Assembly (NCBI RefSeq): GCF_000195955.2
Contig: NC_000962.3
Coordinates: 1,590,001 to 1,622,000 of the forward strand
Direction: 5' to 3'
DNA: 32,000 nt
From: Mycobacterium tuberculosis H37Rv
Lineage (GTDB): Bacteria; Actinomycetota; Actinomycetes; Mycobacteriales; Mycobacteriaceae
Every line of letters begins with the position of its first letter. Position 1 is the stretch's first letter. The notes beneath the pieces were generated by a model, which made no database searches, was not told where the DNA came from, and worked only from the letters and a program-made list of their open reading frames with translations. The translations under genes and the position numbers were made by a program. Below are positions 1 to 14,770 of this stretch, piece after piece.

Positions 1-1
1 C

Positions 2-292
2 CGAATTGTCCTTGACTGCGGTAGCAAGATTCTCGGCAGCGATCGTCCGGCCTGGGCGACTGGGTTCGGCCGTCTGATCGACCACGCCGATGCGCGCATC
101 GCGGCGCTGTCGGAGCATCACGCCACCGTTGTCTGGCCCGACGACGCCCCGCTCCCGCCGGTGGGAACACGTCTGCGGGTGATTCCCAACCACGTGTGCC
201 TGACCACCAACCTCGTAGATGATGTCGCCGTGGTGCGCGACGCAACCCTGATTGATCGCTGGAAAGTCGCCGCCCGCGGTAAGAACCATTGA
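2..292 (+). CDS. 3' end of a CDS entering from upstream of the window. The C-terminal domain resembles D-serine dehydratase-like / D-threonine aldolase family proteins. Position corresponds to Rv1414.
   Basis: Hand translation: frame 2 is open from nt 2 to TGA at 290-292 (...GTRLRVIPNHVCLTTNLVDDVAVVRDATLIDRWKVAARGKNH*). The IPNH(V/A)C motif is typical of that family's C-terminal domain. It is absent from the ORF track because it has no in-window start. Confidence 0.7.
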   Translation, partial: RIVLDCGSKILGSDRPAWATGFGRLIDHADARIAALSEHHATVVWPDDAPLPPVGTRLRVIPNHVCLTTNLVDDVAVVRDATLIDRWKVAARGKNH

Positions 293-396
293 TCCTGTCG
301 CACTTGGTCACGGCAATACCGCCTGGCTCAATGGTTCATACTGAATGGAACACGTGGGCTTCGCGTGCGGCCAGGCCTGACAGCTAGGTAGCAAAG

Positions 397-2614
<2,218 letters not shown>

Positions 2615-2638
2615 AGCGACTTCCCGTACGATCGCGAA

Positions 2639-3325
2639 ATGGCATGTCTTGGGCGCCCTGGCTGTAGGGGTTGGGCGGGGGCGAGCTTGGTCCTTGTGGT
2701 GGTGTTGGCCCTGGCTGCTTGCACCGAGTCGGTAGCGGGCCGCGCGATGCGTGCTACCGACCGGTCGTCCGGGCTGCCCACATCCGCCAAGCCGGCGAGG
2801 GCGCGCGACCTGCTGCTGCAGGACGGGGATCGCGCTCCGTTCGGCCAGGTAACCCAGTCTCGCGTCGGCGACAGCTACTTCACCAGCGCCGTTCCACCCG
2901 AGTGCTCGGCGGCGCTGCTGTTCAAAGGTTCCCCGCTGCGGCCTGACGGCTCGTCGGACCACGCCGAGGCGGCTTATAACGTCACCGGTCCGCTGCCGTA
3001 CGCAGAGTCGGTCGATGTCTACACGAATGTCCTGAACGTCCACGATGTGGTCTGGAACGGGTTCCGCGACGTGTCCCACTGCCGTGGCGATGCCGTCGGA
3101 GTGAGCCGGGCCGGCAGATCGACGCCCATGCGACTCAGGTACTTCGCTACGCTGTCAGACGGTGTCCTGGTATGGACCATGAGCAATCCGCGCTGGACGT
3201 GTGATTACGGATTGGCTGTGGTCCCGCACGCGGTGCTGGTGTTATCGGCGTGTGGCTTCAAGCCCGGATTCCCCATGGCGGAATGGGCGTCGAAACGGCG
3301 GGCCCAACTGGACAGCCAGGTTTAA
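2639..3325 (+). CDS. lprH: Lipoprotein LprH (Rv1418)
   Basis: 228-aa ORF. Signal peptide ending in the lipobox LALAAC (Cys28). No recognisable enzymatic motif. Confidence 0.9.
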   Translation: MACLGRPGCRGWAGASLVLVVVLALAACTESVAGRAMRATDRSSGLPTSAKPARARDLLLQDGDRAPFGQVTQSRVGDSYFTSAVPPECSAALLFKGSPLRPDGSSDHAEAAYNVTGPLPYAESVDVYTNVLNVHDVVWNGFRDVSHCRGDAVGVSRAGRSTPMRLRYFATLSDGVLVWTMSNPRWTCDYGLAVVPHAVLVLSACGFKPGFPMAEWASKRRAQLDSQV

Positions 3326-3504
3326 CGCCAGCCCCCATGCTCTTCGCGGGCGGGTTTGAACCGGCCAAACGGGGTCAAAGTCACGGCGGCCTGGGCATAC
3401 TCAAATGTGTCCCACGGCCCACCATCGGATCCCGACGACGGCCCACTGTGAACTGCGCCGCTCGTGGTGCATTACCCAGACCACGATGAGAGAATGGCGG
3501 GGAA

Positions 3505-3978
3505 ATGGGTGAATTACGGTTGGTGGGCGGTGTGCTCCGGGTCCTTGTCGTGGTCGGTGCGGTGTTCGATGTGGCGGTGCTAAACGCCGGTGCGGCTAGT
3601 GCCGACGGCCCGGTCCAGCTGAAGAGCCGATTGGGCGATGTTTGCCTGGACGCCCCGAGTGGGAGCTGGTTCAGCCCGCTGGTGATCAACCCCTGCAATG
3701 GGACCGACTTTCAGCGCTGGAATCTCACCGATGACCGGCAGGTCGAGAGCGTGGCCTTCCCCGGGGAATGCGTGAATATCGGAAATGCTTTGTGGGCGCG
3801 CCTGCAGCCCTGTGTGAACTGGATCAGCCAGCACTGGACTGTCCAGCCCGACGGCCTGGTCAAGAGTGATCTTGATGCCTGCCTCACGGTTCTCGGCGGT
3901 CCGGATCCTGGGACCTGGGTGTCCACCCGCTGGTGCGACCCCAATGCACCCGACCAACAGTGGGATAGCGTGCCGTAA
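3505..3978 (+). CDS. Secreted ricin-B-type (beta-trefoil) lectin (Rv1419, sMTL-13)
   Basis: 157-aa ORF. Cleavable-looking signal peptide (...VLNAGAASADGP). Three QxW-type repeats (FQRW, SQHW, DQQW) spaced about 40 aa apart, plus conserved Cys pairs. Confidence 0.92.
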   Translation: MGELRLVGGVLRVLVVVGAVFDVAVLNAGAASADGPVQLKSRLGDVCLDAPSGSWFSPLVINPCNGTDFQRWNLTDDRQVESVAFPGECVNIGNALWARLQPCVNWISQHWTVQPDGLVKSDLDACLTVLGGPDPGTWVSTRWCDPNAPDQQWDSVP

Positions 3979-4041
3979 CCGGCCTGCCCGGCGAACCCCC
4001 GCCTTTCTGGGCGCCGTCGAAGCGACCACTAGCCTAGATAC

Positions 4042-5982
4042 GTGCCAGATCCCGCAACGTATCGCCCCGCGCCCGGGTCCATCCCGGTCGAGCCGGGCGT
4101 GTACCGATTCCGGGACCAGCATGGGCGAGTCATCTACGTCGGCAAGGCCAAGAGCCTGCGTAGCCGGCTGACGTCCTATTTTGCCGACGTGGCCAGCCTA
4201 GCGCCGCGGACCCGGCAGCTGGTGACCACCGCGGCCAAGGTCGAATGGACGGTCGTGGGGACCGAGGTTGAGGCACTGCAGCTGGAATACACCTGGATCA
4301 AGGAGTTCGATCCGCGATTCAACGTCCGCTACCGCGACGACAAGTCCTACCCTGTGCTGGCGGTCACCCTGGGCGAGGAATTTCCCCGGTTGATGGTCTA
4401 TCGCGGTCCGCGGCGCAAGGGTGTGCGCTATTTCGGGCCGTACTCGCACGCGTGGGCAATCCGGGAAACGCTGGATCTGCTCACCCGGGTGTTTCCGGCG
4501 CGAACTTGCTCGGCGGGGGTGTTTAAGCGGCACAGGCAGATCGATCGTCCATGCCTGCTCGGCTACATCGACAAATGTTCCGCGCCGTGTATTGGCAGGG
4601 TCGATGCGGCCCAGCACCGCCAGATCGTGGCAGACTTCTGCGACTTTCTGTCCGGCAAGACCGACCGGTTCGCCCGCGCCTTGGAACAGCAAATGAACGC
4701 CGCGGCCGAGCAACTGGACTTCGAACGAGCGGCGCGGCTTCGCGACGACCTGTCCGCACTGAAGCGTGCCATGGAAAAGCAGGCCGTGGTGCTCGGGGAC
4801 GGCACCGACGCCGACGTGGTGGCATTCGCCGACGACGAACTCGAGGCGGCGGTGCAAGTGTTCCACGTGCGCGGCGGACGGGTCCGCGGCCAGCGTGGCT
4901 GGATTGTCGAAAAGCCAGGAGAGCCAGGAGATTCCGGAATCCAGTTGGTCGAGCAATTCCTGACACAGTTCTACGGCGACCAGGCGGCGTTGGACGACGC
5001 CGCCGACGAATCCGCCAACCCGGTTCCCCGCGAGGTGCTGGTGCCCTGTTTGCCGTCCAACGCCGAGGAGCTGGCCAGCTGGCTGTCCGGCCTGCGCGGC
5101 TCAAGGGTCGTGCTGCGGGTGCCGCGCCGCGGGGACAAGCGGGCACTGGCCGAAACGGTGCACCGAAACGCAGAAGATGCACTGCAACAACACAAGCTGA
5201 AGCGGGCCAGCGATTTCAACGCCAGATCCGCTGCGCTGCAGAGCATTCAGGACTCGTTGGGCCTGGCAGACGCACCCTTGCGGATCGAGTGTGTCGACGT
5301 CAGCCATGTGCAGGGCACCGACGTGGTCGGGTCACTGGTGGTGTTCGAAGACGGCCTGCCGCGCAAGTCGGACTACCGCCACTTCGGGATCCGGGAAGCC
5401 GCAGGCCAGGGGCGCTCCGACGACGTGGCCTGTATTGCCGAGGTGACCCGGCGCCGCTTCCTGCGGCACCTGCGCGATCAGAGCGATCCGGATCTTCTTT
5501 CTCCGGAAAGGAAGTCGCGTAGATTCGCCTATCCGCCCAATCTGTACGTCGTCGACGGCGGCGCGCCGCAAGTCAACGCGGCCAGTGCGGTAATCGACGA
5601 ACTCGGTGTTACCGACGTCGCGGTGATCGGCCTGGCCAAGCGGCTGGAAGAGGTATGGGTGCCGTCGGAGCCGGACCCGATTATCATGCCGCGCAACAGT
5701 GAGGGACTCTATCTGCTGCAGCGAGTGCGAGACGAGGCACACCGGTTCGCTATCACCTACCATCGCAGCAAGCGGTCGACGCGGATGACTGCCTCAGCGC
5801 TGGACTCGGTGCCGGGATTGGGGGAGCATCGCCGCAAAGCGCTGGTCACCCATTTCGGATCGATCGCTCGCCTCAAGGAGGCCACCGTCGACGAAATCAC
5901 CGCTGTTCCCGGTATCGGCGTGGCCACGGCCACGGCCGTCCACGACGCACTGCGACCTGACTCATCGGGGGCCGCGCGATGA
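4042..5982 (+). CDS. uvrC: Excinuclease ABC subunit C (Rv1420)
   Basis: 646-aa ORF with a GTG start. GIY-YIG nuclease N-terminus ([26 protein letters not shown]). UVR domain ([16 protein letters not shown]). C-terminal helix-hairpin-helix pair ([12 protein letters not shown]... VPGIGVATA). Confidence 0.97.
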
Positions 5983-6884
5983 TGAACCATGCTAGGGGCG
6001 TCGAGAATCGTTCGGAAGGCGGCGGTATCGACGTCGTCTTGGTAACCGGGCTGTCCGGGGCCGGGCGCGGCACGGCGGCTAAAGTGCTGGAAGACCTGGG
6101 CTGGTATGTGGCCGACAATCTGCCGCCCCAGCTGATTACCCGCATGGTGGACTTCGGGCTGGCCGCCGGATCACGGATCACCCAGCTGGCGGTGGTAATG
6201 GATGTGCGATCGCGCGGATTCACCGGCGACCTCGATTCGGTCCGCAACGAGCTGGCCACGCGTGCCATCACCCCGCGTGTGGTGTTCATGGAGGCGTCCG
6301 ATGACACGTTGGTGCGCCGCTACGAACAGAATCGCCGCAGTCATCCGCTGCAGGGTGAGCAGACTCTGGCCGAGGGCATTGCCGCAGAGCGCAGGATGCT
6401 AGCACCGGTTCGCGCCACCGCCGACCTGATCATCGACACGTCGACACTGTCGGTGGGGGGCTTAAGGGATAGCATCGAGCGTGCCTTCGGCGGTGATGGC
6501 GGCGCGACCACCAGCGTCACCGTTGAATCCTTCGGGTTCAAGTACGGCCTGCCGATGGACGCCGACATGGTCATGGACGTGCGGTTCCTGCCGAACCCGC
6601 ACTGGGTGGACGAGTTGCGGCCACTGACCGGCCAACATCCGGCCGTGCGCGACTATGTGCTGCACCGGCCGGGCGCGGCTGAGTTCCTCGAGTCCTACCA
6701 TCGGTTGCTATCCCTGGTTGTCGACGGCTACCGCCGAGAGGGGAAGCGCTATATGACAATCGCCATCGGCTGTACCGGTGGTAAGCATCGCAGCGTCGCG
6801 ATCGCTGAAGCACTGATGGGACTTCTGCGCTCCGATCAGCAACTGTCGGTGCGGGCGCTGCACCGGGATCTGGGTCGCGAATGA
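5979..6884 (+). CDS. RapZ/YvcJ-like P-loop nucleotide-binding protein (Rv1421)
   Basis: 301-aa ORF. The ATG overlaps the uvrC stop (ATGA). P-loop-like [10 protein letters not shown]-terminal motif typical of the RapZ/YvcJ family ([17 protein letters not shown]). Confidence 0.93.
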
Positions 6885-7909
6885 CCGATGGCATCGTCGC
6901 GCTGGGCGGCGGACACGGCTTGTATGCGACGCTGTCTGCGGCCCGCCGGTTGACACCCTACGTTACCGCCGTGGTGACCGTCGCCGATGACGGTGGCTCG
7001 TCGGGCCGGCTGCGCAGCGAGCTCGATGTGGTGCCGCCGGGCGATCTGCGAATGGCCTTGGCGGCGTTGGCATCCGATAGCCCGCACGGACGCCTGTGGG
7101 CAACTATTCTGCAGCACAGATTCGGCGGCAGTGGTGCGCTGGCCGGACATCCGATCGGCAATCTGATGCTAGCGGGCCTGTCCGAGGTGCTGGCCGATCC
7201 GGTCGCGGCTCTTGACGAACTCGGGCGCATCCTCGGGGTGAAAGGCAGGGTGCTGCCGATGTGCCCGGTCGCGCTTCAGATCGAGGCCGATGTCTCCGGT
7301 CTGGAGGCCGACCCGCGCATGTTCCGCCTGATCCGTGGCCAGGTGGCGATCGCGACCACGCCCGGAAAGGTGCGCCGGGTGCGGCTGCTGCCGACTGACC
7401 CGCCGGCGACCCGGCAGGCTGTCGACGCCATCATGGCTGCCGATCTGGTGGTCCTGGGGCCCGGGTCGTGGTTCACCAGCGTGATACCCCATGTGCTGGT
7501 GCCGGGTCTGGCCGCAGCGCTGCGAGCAACGTCGGCCCGCCGTGCCCTGGTGCTCAACCTGGTGGCTGAACCGGGAGAGACGGCCGGTTTCTCGGTGGAG
7601 CGTCATCTGCACGTGCTAGCCCAACACGCGCCCGGGTTCACCGTTCACGACATCATCATCGACGCCGAACGAGTGCCGAGCGAACGGGAGCGGGAGCAAC
7701 TGCGCCGCACGGCGACGATGCTGCAGGCCGAGGTCCACTTCGCCGATGTCGCCAGACCTGGTACACCTTTACATGACCCGGGCAAGCTGGCGGCGGTCCT
7801 CGACGGGGTGTGTGCGCGCGACGTCGGCGCGTCGGAGCCTCCGGTGGCGGCCACACAGGAGATACCGATCGACGGTGGACGACCGAGGGGTGACGACGCG
7901 TGGCGATGA
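6881..7909 (+). CDS. cuvA: YvcK/CofD-fold protein (Rv1422, CuvA)
   Basis: 342-aa ORF. ATGA overlaps with both neighbours. N-terminal [10 protein letters not shown] motif of the YvcK/gluconeogenesis-factor family. Conserved position between yvcJ-like and whiA. Confidence 0.93.
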   Translation: MTDGIVALGGGHGLYATLSAARRLTPYVTAVVTVADDGGSSGRLRSELDVVPPGDLRMALAALASDSPHGRLWATILQHRFGGSGALAGHPIGNLMLAGLSEVLADPVAALDELGRILGVKGRVLPMCPVALQIEADVSGLEADPRMFRLIRGQVAIATTPGKVRRVRLLPTDPPATRQAVDAIMAADLVVLGPGSWFTSVIPHVLVPGLAAALRATSARRALVLNLVAEPGETAGFSVERHLHVLAQHAPGFTVHDIIIDAERVPSEREREQLRRTATMLQAEVHFADVARPGTPLHDPGKLAAVLDGVCARDVGASEPPVAATQEIPIDGGRPRGDDAWR

Positions 7910-8883
7910 CGACCGATGTCAAAGACGAGCTGAGCCGACTGGTGGTGAAGTCCGTCAGCGCGCGGCGCGCGGAGGTCACCTCTCTGCTGCGATTCGCCGG
8001 CGGGTTGCACATCGTGGGCGGCCGCGTGGTGGTCGAAGCCGAGCTGGACCTGGGCAGTATCGCACGGCGGCTGCGTAAGGAGATCTTCGAGCTCTACGGC
8101 TACACGGCGGTGGTGCATGTGTTGTCGGCCAGCGGGATTCGCAAGAGCACCCGCTACGTGCTGCGGGTCGCCAACGACGGCGAGGCGTTGGCACGCCAAA
8201 CCGGACTGCTTGACATGCGCGGTCGTCCCGTGCGGGGTCTGCCGGCCCAGGTCGTCGGCGGCAGCATCGATGACGCTGAAGCTGCGTGGCGAGGAGCATT
8301 TTTGGCGCACGGGTCGCTGACTGAGCCGGGACGCTCCTCGGCGTTGGAGGTCAGTTGCCCGGGCCCGGAGGCCGCGCTGGCGCTGGTGGGTGCGGCACGC
8401 CGGCTTGGGGTCGGCGCCAAGGCTCGTGAGGTGCGCGGTGCCGATCGCGTGGTGGTGCGCGACGGTGAGGCGATCGGCGCACTGCTGACCCGGATGGGGG
8501 CCCAAGACACCCGGCTGGTCTGGGAGGAGCGGCGGCTGCGTCGTGAGGTGCGTGCGACGGCCAACCGGCTCGCCAATTTCGACGACGCCAATCTGCGCCG
8601 CTCGGCGCGGGCCGCGGTTGCCGCGGCCGCCCGGGTGGAGCGTGCCTTGGAGATCCTCGGCGATACGGTGCCCGAGCACTTGGCCTCGGCCGGCAAATTG
8701 CGTGTCGAGCACCGGCAGGCGTCGCTGGAGGAGCTGGGCCGGCTTGCCGATCCTCCGATGACGAAAGACGCTGTAGCCGGACGTATTCGGCGATTGTTGT
8801 CGATGGCGGATCGTAAGGCGAAGGTGGACGGCATCCCCGATACGGAGTCCGTAGTGACGCCCGATCTGCTGGAAGACGCCTAG
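7906..8883 (+). CDS. whiA: Sporulation/cell-division transcription factor WhiA (Rv1423)
   Basis: The ATG at 7906 overlaps the cuvA stop (ATGA 7906-7909) and gives 325 aa. The GTG at 7900 in the track is an alternative 2 codons upstream. C-terminal HTH region ([28 protein letters not shown]). Conserved yvcJ-yvcK-whiA order. Confidence 0.95.
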   Translation: MTTDVKDELSRLVVKSVSARRAEVTSLLRFAGGLHIVGGRVVVEAELDLGSIARRLRKEIFELYGYTAVVHVLSASGIRKSTRYVLRVANDGEALARQTGLLDMRGRPVRGLPAQVVGGSIDDAEAAWRGAFLAHGSLTEPGRSSALEVSCPGPEAALALVGAARRLGVGAKAREVRGADRVVVRDGEAIGALLTRMGAQDTRLVWEERRLRREVRATANRLANFDDANLRRSARAAVAAAARVERALEILGDTVPEHLASAGKLRVEHRQASLEELGRLADPPMTKDAVAGRIRRLLSMADRKAKVDGIPDTESVVTPDLLEDA

Positions 8884-8892
8884 CGGGCTGAC

Positions 8893-11037
<2,145 letters not shown>

Positions 11038-11058
11038 CAATAGCTGGCCTATAGCTGA

Positions 11059-12321
11059 CTACGTGGCCGGCGGGTTGGTCGCGTACACCCAAGACAGGAA
11101 GCGGGCCACGGCCTCGGCGGTGTGATGCGCCCGCGGGGAGCCGAAGACGTCGAAGGCGTGTTGGGCGTGGGGCAGGTCCGCGTAGGCGACGGGCGACTTC
11201 GACACCGCCCGCAGTTCCTCGACGAACGCATGGGCTTCGGCCACGGGGATCAGGGAGTCGTGGCGGCCGTGCAGAACGAAGAACGGTGGGGCGTCGGCCC
11301 GCACATGGTGGATCGGTGAGGCATCGACGAAGATGTCGCGGTGCGTGCTGAATTTCCGTTTCACCACGAACGTTTCGAGCAACCCGACGAATTCCCGACG
11401 CCCCGGCGCATCGGTCGTAAACCAGTCGTAACGCCCGTATACCGGAACCGCTGCCGCCACCGAGGTGTCGACCTGTTCGAACCCGGGCTGAAATCGCGGA
11501 TCGTTGGGGGTCAACGCCGCCAGGGCGCACAGATGGCCGCCGGCCGAACCGCCGCTGATGGCAACGAAATTCGGATCCCCGCCGTAGGCGGCGATGTTTT
11601 CCTTGACCCACGCCAGCGCGCGCTTCACGTCGACAATGTGGTCGGGCCAGGTGTGGCGCGGCGACACCCGGTAGTTCAGCGACACGCATACCCAGCCGCG
11701 CGCAGCCAGATGGCTCATCAACGGATACGCCTGCGGGCGGCGCCACCCCAGTACCCAGGCGCCGCCGGGCACCTGTACCAGCACCGGTGCCTTGGCGTCG
11801 CGTGGCAGGTCGCGGCGGCGCCAGATGTCGGCCAGGTTGGCCCGCCCGTATGGGCCGTAGCACACGACGTTCGTCGTCTCGACGTAGCGCCGGCGTGCCA
11901 TGGCGGTACGCAGCGGGAGATTGCGACCTCTGCTACGCATCGGTTCCGTGGGCAGGGTAGCGAGTTCCTTAGCGTAGTCGGGCCCGAGCTGTTCGGTCAG
12001 GCCCGCTTCGAGCACCGGTCCAGGGGTGGTGGCGCCGCGGTAGCGGATCACCGCAAGGATCACCCAGGCCGCTGCCGTTAAGGCCAGTGCCGCCTTTCCT
12101 TTCAGCCCACCGAAGTCGCCTCGGCGGCCGCGGCGCAGTGCGTCCAGCACGGAGGCGCCTAGGTACACTCCTGGCACTTCCGACGTCGGCCAGCCCAACC
12201 AAAACGCCAGAACCGTGCTGTAGCCGCTACCGGACAGTGGGCGTAATCCGTTGGCGGCATTGAGCAATTCCACCGCTGCACGTGTTAACGGTCTCGGGCG
12301 TGCCATCCGCCGAAATCGCAT
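11059..12321 (-). CDS. lipO: Membrane-anchored alpha/beta-hydrolase esterase LipO (Rv1426c)
   Basis: 420-aa ORF. N-terminal hydrophobic helices. Oxyanion-region VQVPGGAWVLG. Nucleophile elbow ISGGSAGGH. The ATG overlaps the fadD12 stop by 1 nt (TAATG). Confidence 0.92.
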   Translation of the reverse strand: MRFRRMARPRPLTRAAVELLNAANGLRPLSGSGYSTVLAFWLGWPTSEVPGVYLGASVLDALRRGRRGDFGGLKGKAALALTAAAWVILAVIRYRGATTPGPVLEAGLTEQLGPDYAKELATLPTEPMRSRGRNLPLRTAMARRRYVETTNVVCYGPYGRANLADIWRRRDLPRDAKAPVLVQVPGGAWVLGWRRPQAYPLMSHLAARGWVCVSLNYRVSPRHTWPDHIVDVKRALAWVKENIAAYGGDPNFVAISGGSAGGHLCALAALTPNDPRFQPGFEQVDTSVAAAVPVYGRYDWFTTDAPGRREFVGLLETFVVKRKFSTHRDIFVDASPIHHVRADAPPFFVLHGRHDSLIPVAEAHAFVEELRAVSKSPVAYADLPHAQHAFDVFGSPRAHHTAEAVARFLSWVYATNPPAT

Positions 12322-13928
12322 TAGCTGCCGACCCGTGATTGCAGCTCGGTGCGCAGGATCTTGCCGGTAATGCCGCGTGGCAGCTCGTCGAGGACGGCGA
12401 TGTCGCGCGGTACCTTGTAGTTGGCCAGGTTGTCTCGGACATGCTGCTTGAGGGTTTCCGGGGTGGCCGAAACACCGGGCTTGAGCACCACGAAGGCCGC
12501 CAGCCGCTGGCCGTACTGCTGGTCGTCCACGCCGATCACCGCGGCCTCGGCCACGTCGGGGTGGGTGGCCAGCGTCTTCTCCACCTCGATCGGGTAGATG
12601 TTCTCACCGCCGGAGACGATCATCTCGTCGTCGCGCCCGACGACGAACAGCCGGCCGTTCTCGTCGAGGTAGCCGACGTCGCCCGATGACATGAACCCGG
12701 CATGGAAATCCTTTGCGGCGCCAGATGTATAGCCATCGAATTGGCTGTCGTTGCGGACGTAGATGGTGCCGACCTCGCCGGTGGGCACCTCGGTGAACTG
12801 CTGGTCCAGGATCCGGATTTCGGTTCCTTCGGCGGGCCGACCCGCGGTGTCGGGTGCGGTCCGCAGGTCCGCCGGTGTGGCGGTGGCGATCATCCCGGCC
12901 TCGGTCGCGTTGTAGTTGTTGTAGATCACGTCGCCGAATTGGTCCATGAATGCGATCACGACATCGGGCCGCATCCGAGAACCCGACGCGGCGGCGAACC
13001 GCAACGACCGGCCGTCGTAGCGGTTTCGAATCTCGGCCGGCAGGTCCATGATGCGATCGAACATCACCGGCACCACCACCAGACCCGTCGCGTGGTGGCG
13101 GTCGATCAGGTCCAGCGTCGCCTCCGGGTCGAACCTGCGTCGCGTGACGATCGTGCAGGCCAGCGAGGAGGCCAGCACCAGCTGCGAGAAGCCCCAGGCA
13201 TGAAACATCGGCGCCACGATCACGGTGACCTCCTCGGCCCGCCACGGCGTGCGGTCCAAGATCGCCTTCAGTGTCCCGATGCCACCGCCAGAATGCCTGG
13301 CGCCCTTGGGTGTTCCGGTGGTTCCGGAGGTCAGCAGGATCACTTTTCCGTGGCTGCCGGTGTGCTCGGGCCGCCGTCCGGCGTGCGCGGCTACAAGTTT
13401 CTCAACGGTCAGGTCGTGGTCTTCGTCGGTCCACGCCACGATACGGGTGGCCTGCGGTTTTTCCGCCAGCGCGCGATCCACCGTCGCGCTGAACTCTTCG
13501 TCATAGACGACAGTGTCGACGCCTTCGCGGGTAACCACCTCGGCCAGTGCCGGACCGGCGAAGGAGGTGTTGAGCAACAGGATGTGCGCGCCAATCCGGT
13601 TGACCGCCAACAGCGCATCGACGAAGCCGCGATGATTGCGGCACATGATGCCGACGACCCTGGGGGGTCCGGCTGGCAGGGCCTGAAGCGCCGCGGCCAG
13701 CGCGTTGCCGCGTTCGTCGAGCTGGCGCCAGGTCAGCGTGCCCAGTTCGTCGATCAGGCCGGGGCGGTCCGGGCAGCGTCGGGCCGCACCGGCGAACCCC
13801 GCCGTAAACCCCATGCCTTCGCGGCGCATGGCGGCGACGATCCGCAGGTAGCGGTCTGGTCGCAGCGGAGCGATCAACCCTGCCCGGCGCATGGTGGCGA
13901 TCAAGCCGAATGCTTGTCTGATACGCAT
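12321..13928 (-). CDS. fadD12: Acyl-CoA/acyl-AMP ligase FadD12 (Rv1427c)
   Basis: 535-aa ORF. AMP-binding signature LLTSGTTGTPKG. Adenylate-forming enzyme C-terminal motifs (GDVGYLDENGRLFVVGRDDEMIVSGGENIYP, PRGITGKI). Confidence 0.95.
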   Translation of the reverse strand: MRIRQAFGLIATMRRAGLIAPLRPDRYLRIVAAMRREGMGFTAGFAGAARRCPDRPGLIDELGTLTWRQLDERGNALAAALQALPAGPPRVVGIMCRNHRGFVDALLAVNRIGAHILLLNTSFAGPALAEVVTREGVDTVVYDEEFSATVDRALAEKPQATRIVAWTDEDHDLTVEKLVAAHAGRRPEHTGSHGKVILLTSGTTGTPKGARHSGGGIGTLKAILDRTPWRAEEVTVIVAPMFHAWGFSQLVLASSLACTIVTRRRFDPEATLDLIDRHHATGLVVVPVMFDRIMDLPAEIRNRYDGRSLRFAAASGSRMRPDVVIAFMDQFGDVIYNNYNATEAGMIATATPADLRTAPDTAGRPAEGTEIRILDQQFTEVPTGEVGTIYVRNDSQFDGYTSGAAKDFHAGFMSSGDVGYLDENGRLFVVGRDDEMIVSGGENIYPIEVEKTLATHPDVAEAAVIGVDDQQYGQRLAAFVVLKPGVSATPETLKQHVRDNLANYKVPRDIAVLDELPRGITGKILRTELQSRVGS

Positions 13929-13931
13929 GGC

Positions 13932-14759
13932 TTAGCCCAGAATCGGGAAGCGGCGCTTGGCGGCGAGGTCGTTGAGGGCTTGCTGCATCACCGACCGTAC
14001 GTGCTCGTCGACCGCGTCGACATCAGGGTCCTCGCCGAACTGCTTGGTGAGGTTGATCGGGTCTAACACCTGCATGACGATCTTGGCGGGCAGCGGCAGA
14101 TTGGGCGGGATCGCGGCGGAGAACCCGAACGGAAAGCCGAACGAGATCGGCAGGATGTCGCTGCGGAGCAGTCGCTTGAGCCCTAGCCGCCGGGCGAGCC
14201 AGGTGCCGCGGGACAGGTAGAGCTGGCTTTCCTGGCCACCGATGGACACCGCCGGCACGATGGGCACGCCAGCTTCGACGGCAGTGCTGACGTATCCCTT
14301 GCGGCCGTTGAAGTCGATCACGTTCTCCGCGAAAGTCGGCCGGTACGCGTCATAGTCGCCGCCGGGAAAAACGACCACCACACCCCCGGACCGCAACGCC
14401 TTAGCCGCGTTTTCTCGGGTGGCGCGAATGTAGCCGGTGCGTCGGAACAAGTCCCCGGTCAGGCCCATGAACAAGATGTCGTGGCTGAGCGTGTAGACCG
14501 GTCGGTCGTAGCCGAACTTGTCGTAGAAGTCGACGCTGAAGACCGGCACGTCCATCGGGAACATGCCACCGGAGTGGTTGGCCACGACCAGTGCGCCACC
14601 CGGCGGGAAGGAGTCCAGGCCATGCACCTGCGACCGGTGGTAGGTCTTCAAGACTGGACGCAGCACACTTATCAGGCGCTGGGTTAGGCCAGGGTCGAAT
14701 TTGCCGATGTCGCCGATACCTGCATCGTCCCCGTTACCAGGGCTATCGGTTTCGCTCAA
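13932..14759 (-). CDS. Glycerolipid/lysophospholipid acyltransferase-like protein (Rv1428c)
   Basis: 275-aa ORF. TTG start at 14759, preceded by GAGGGAGAA. Acyltransferase block-I-like VVANHSGGMFPMD and VVFPGGDYD (block III-like). A 3-nt gap separates it from fadD12. Confidence 0.88.
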   Translation of the reverse strand: MSETDSPGNGDDAGIGDIGKFDPGLTQRLISVLRPVLKTYHRSQVHGLDSFPPGGALVVANHSGGMFPMDVPVFSVDFYDKFGYDRPVYTLSHDILFMGLTGDLFRRTGYIRATRENAAKALRSGGVVVVFPGGDYDAYRPTFAENVIDFNGRKGYVSTAVEAGVPIVPAVSIGGQESQLYLSRGTWLARRLGLKRLLRSDILPISFGFPFGFSAAIPPNLPLPAKIVMQVLDPINLTKQFGEDPDVDAVDEHVRSVMQQALNDLAAKRRFPILG

Positions 14760-14770
14760 CTGTTCTCCCT

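Noticed and set aside
293-396. Possible FMN (RFN) riboswitch upstream of ribA2
   Set aside because: Only 104 nt are available, and I could not recognise the conserved RFN core helices or sequence blocks. ribA2 is more likely transcribed with upstream rib genes outside the window.
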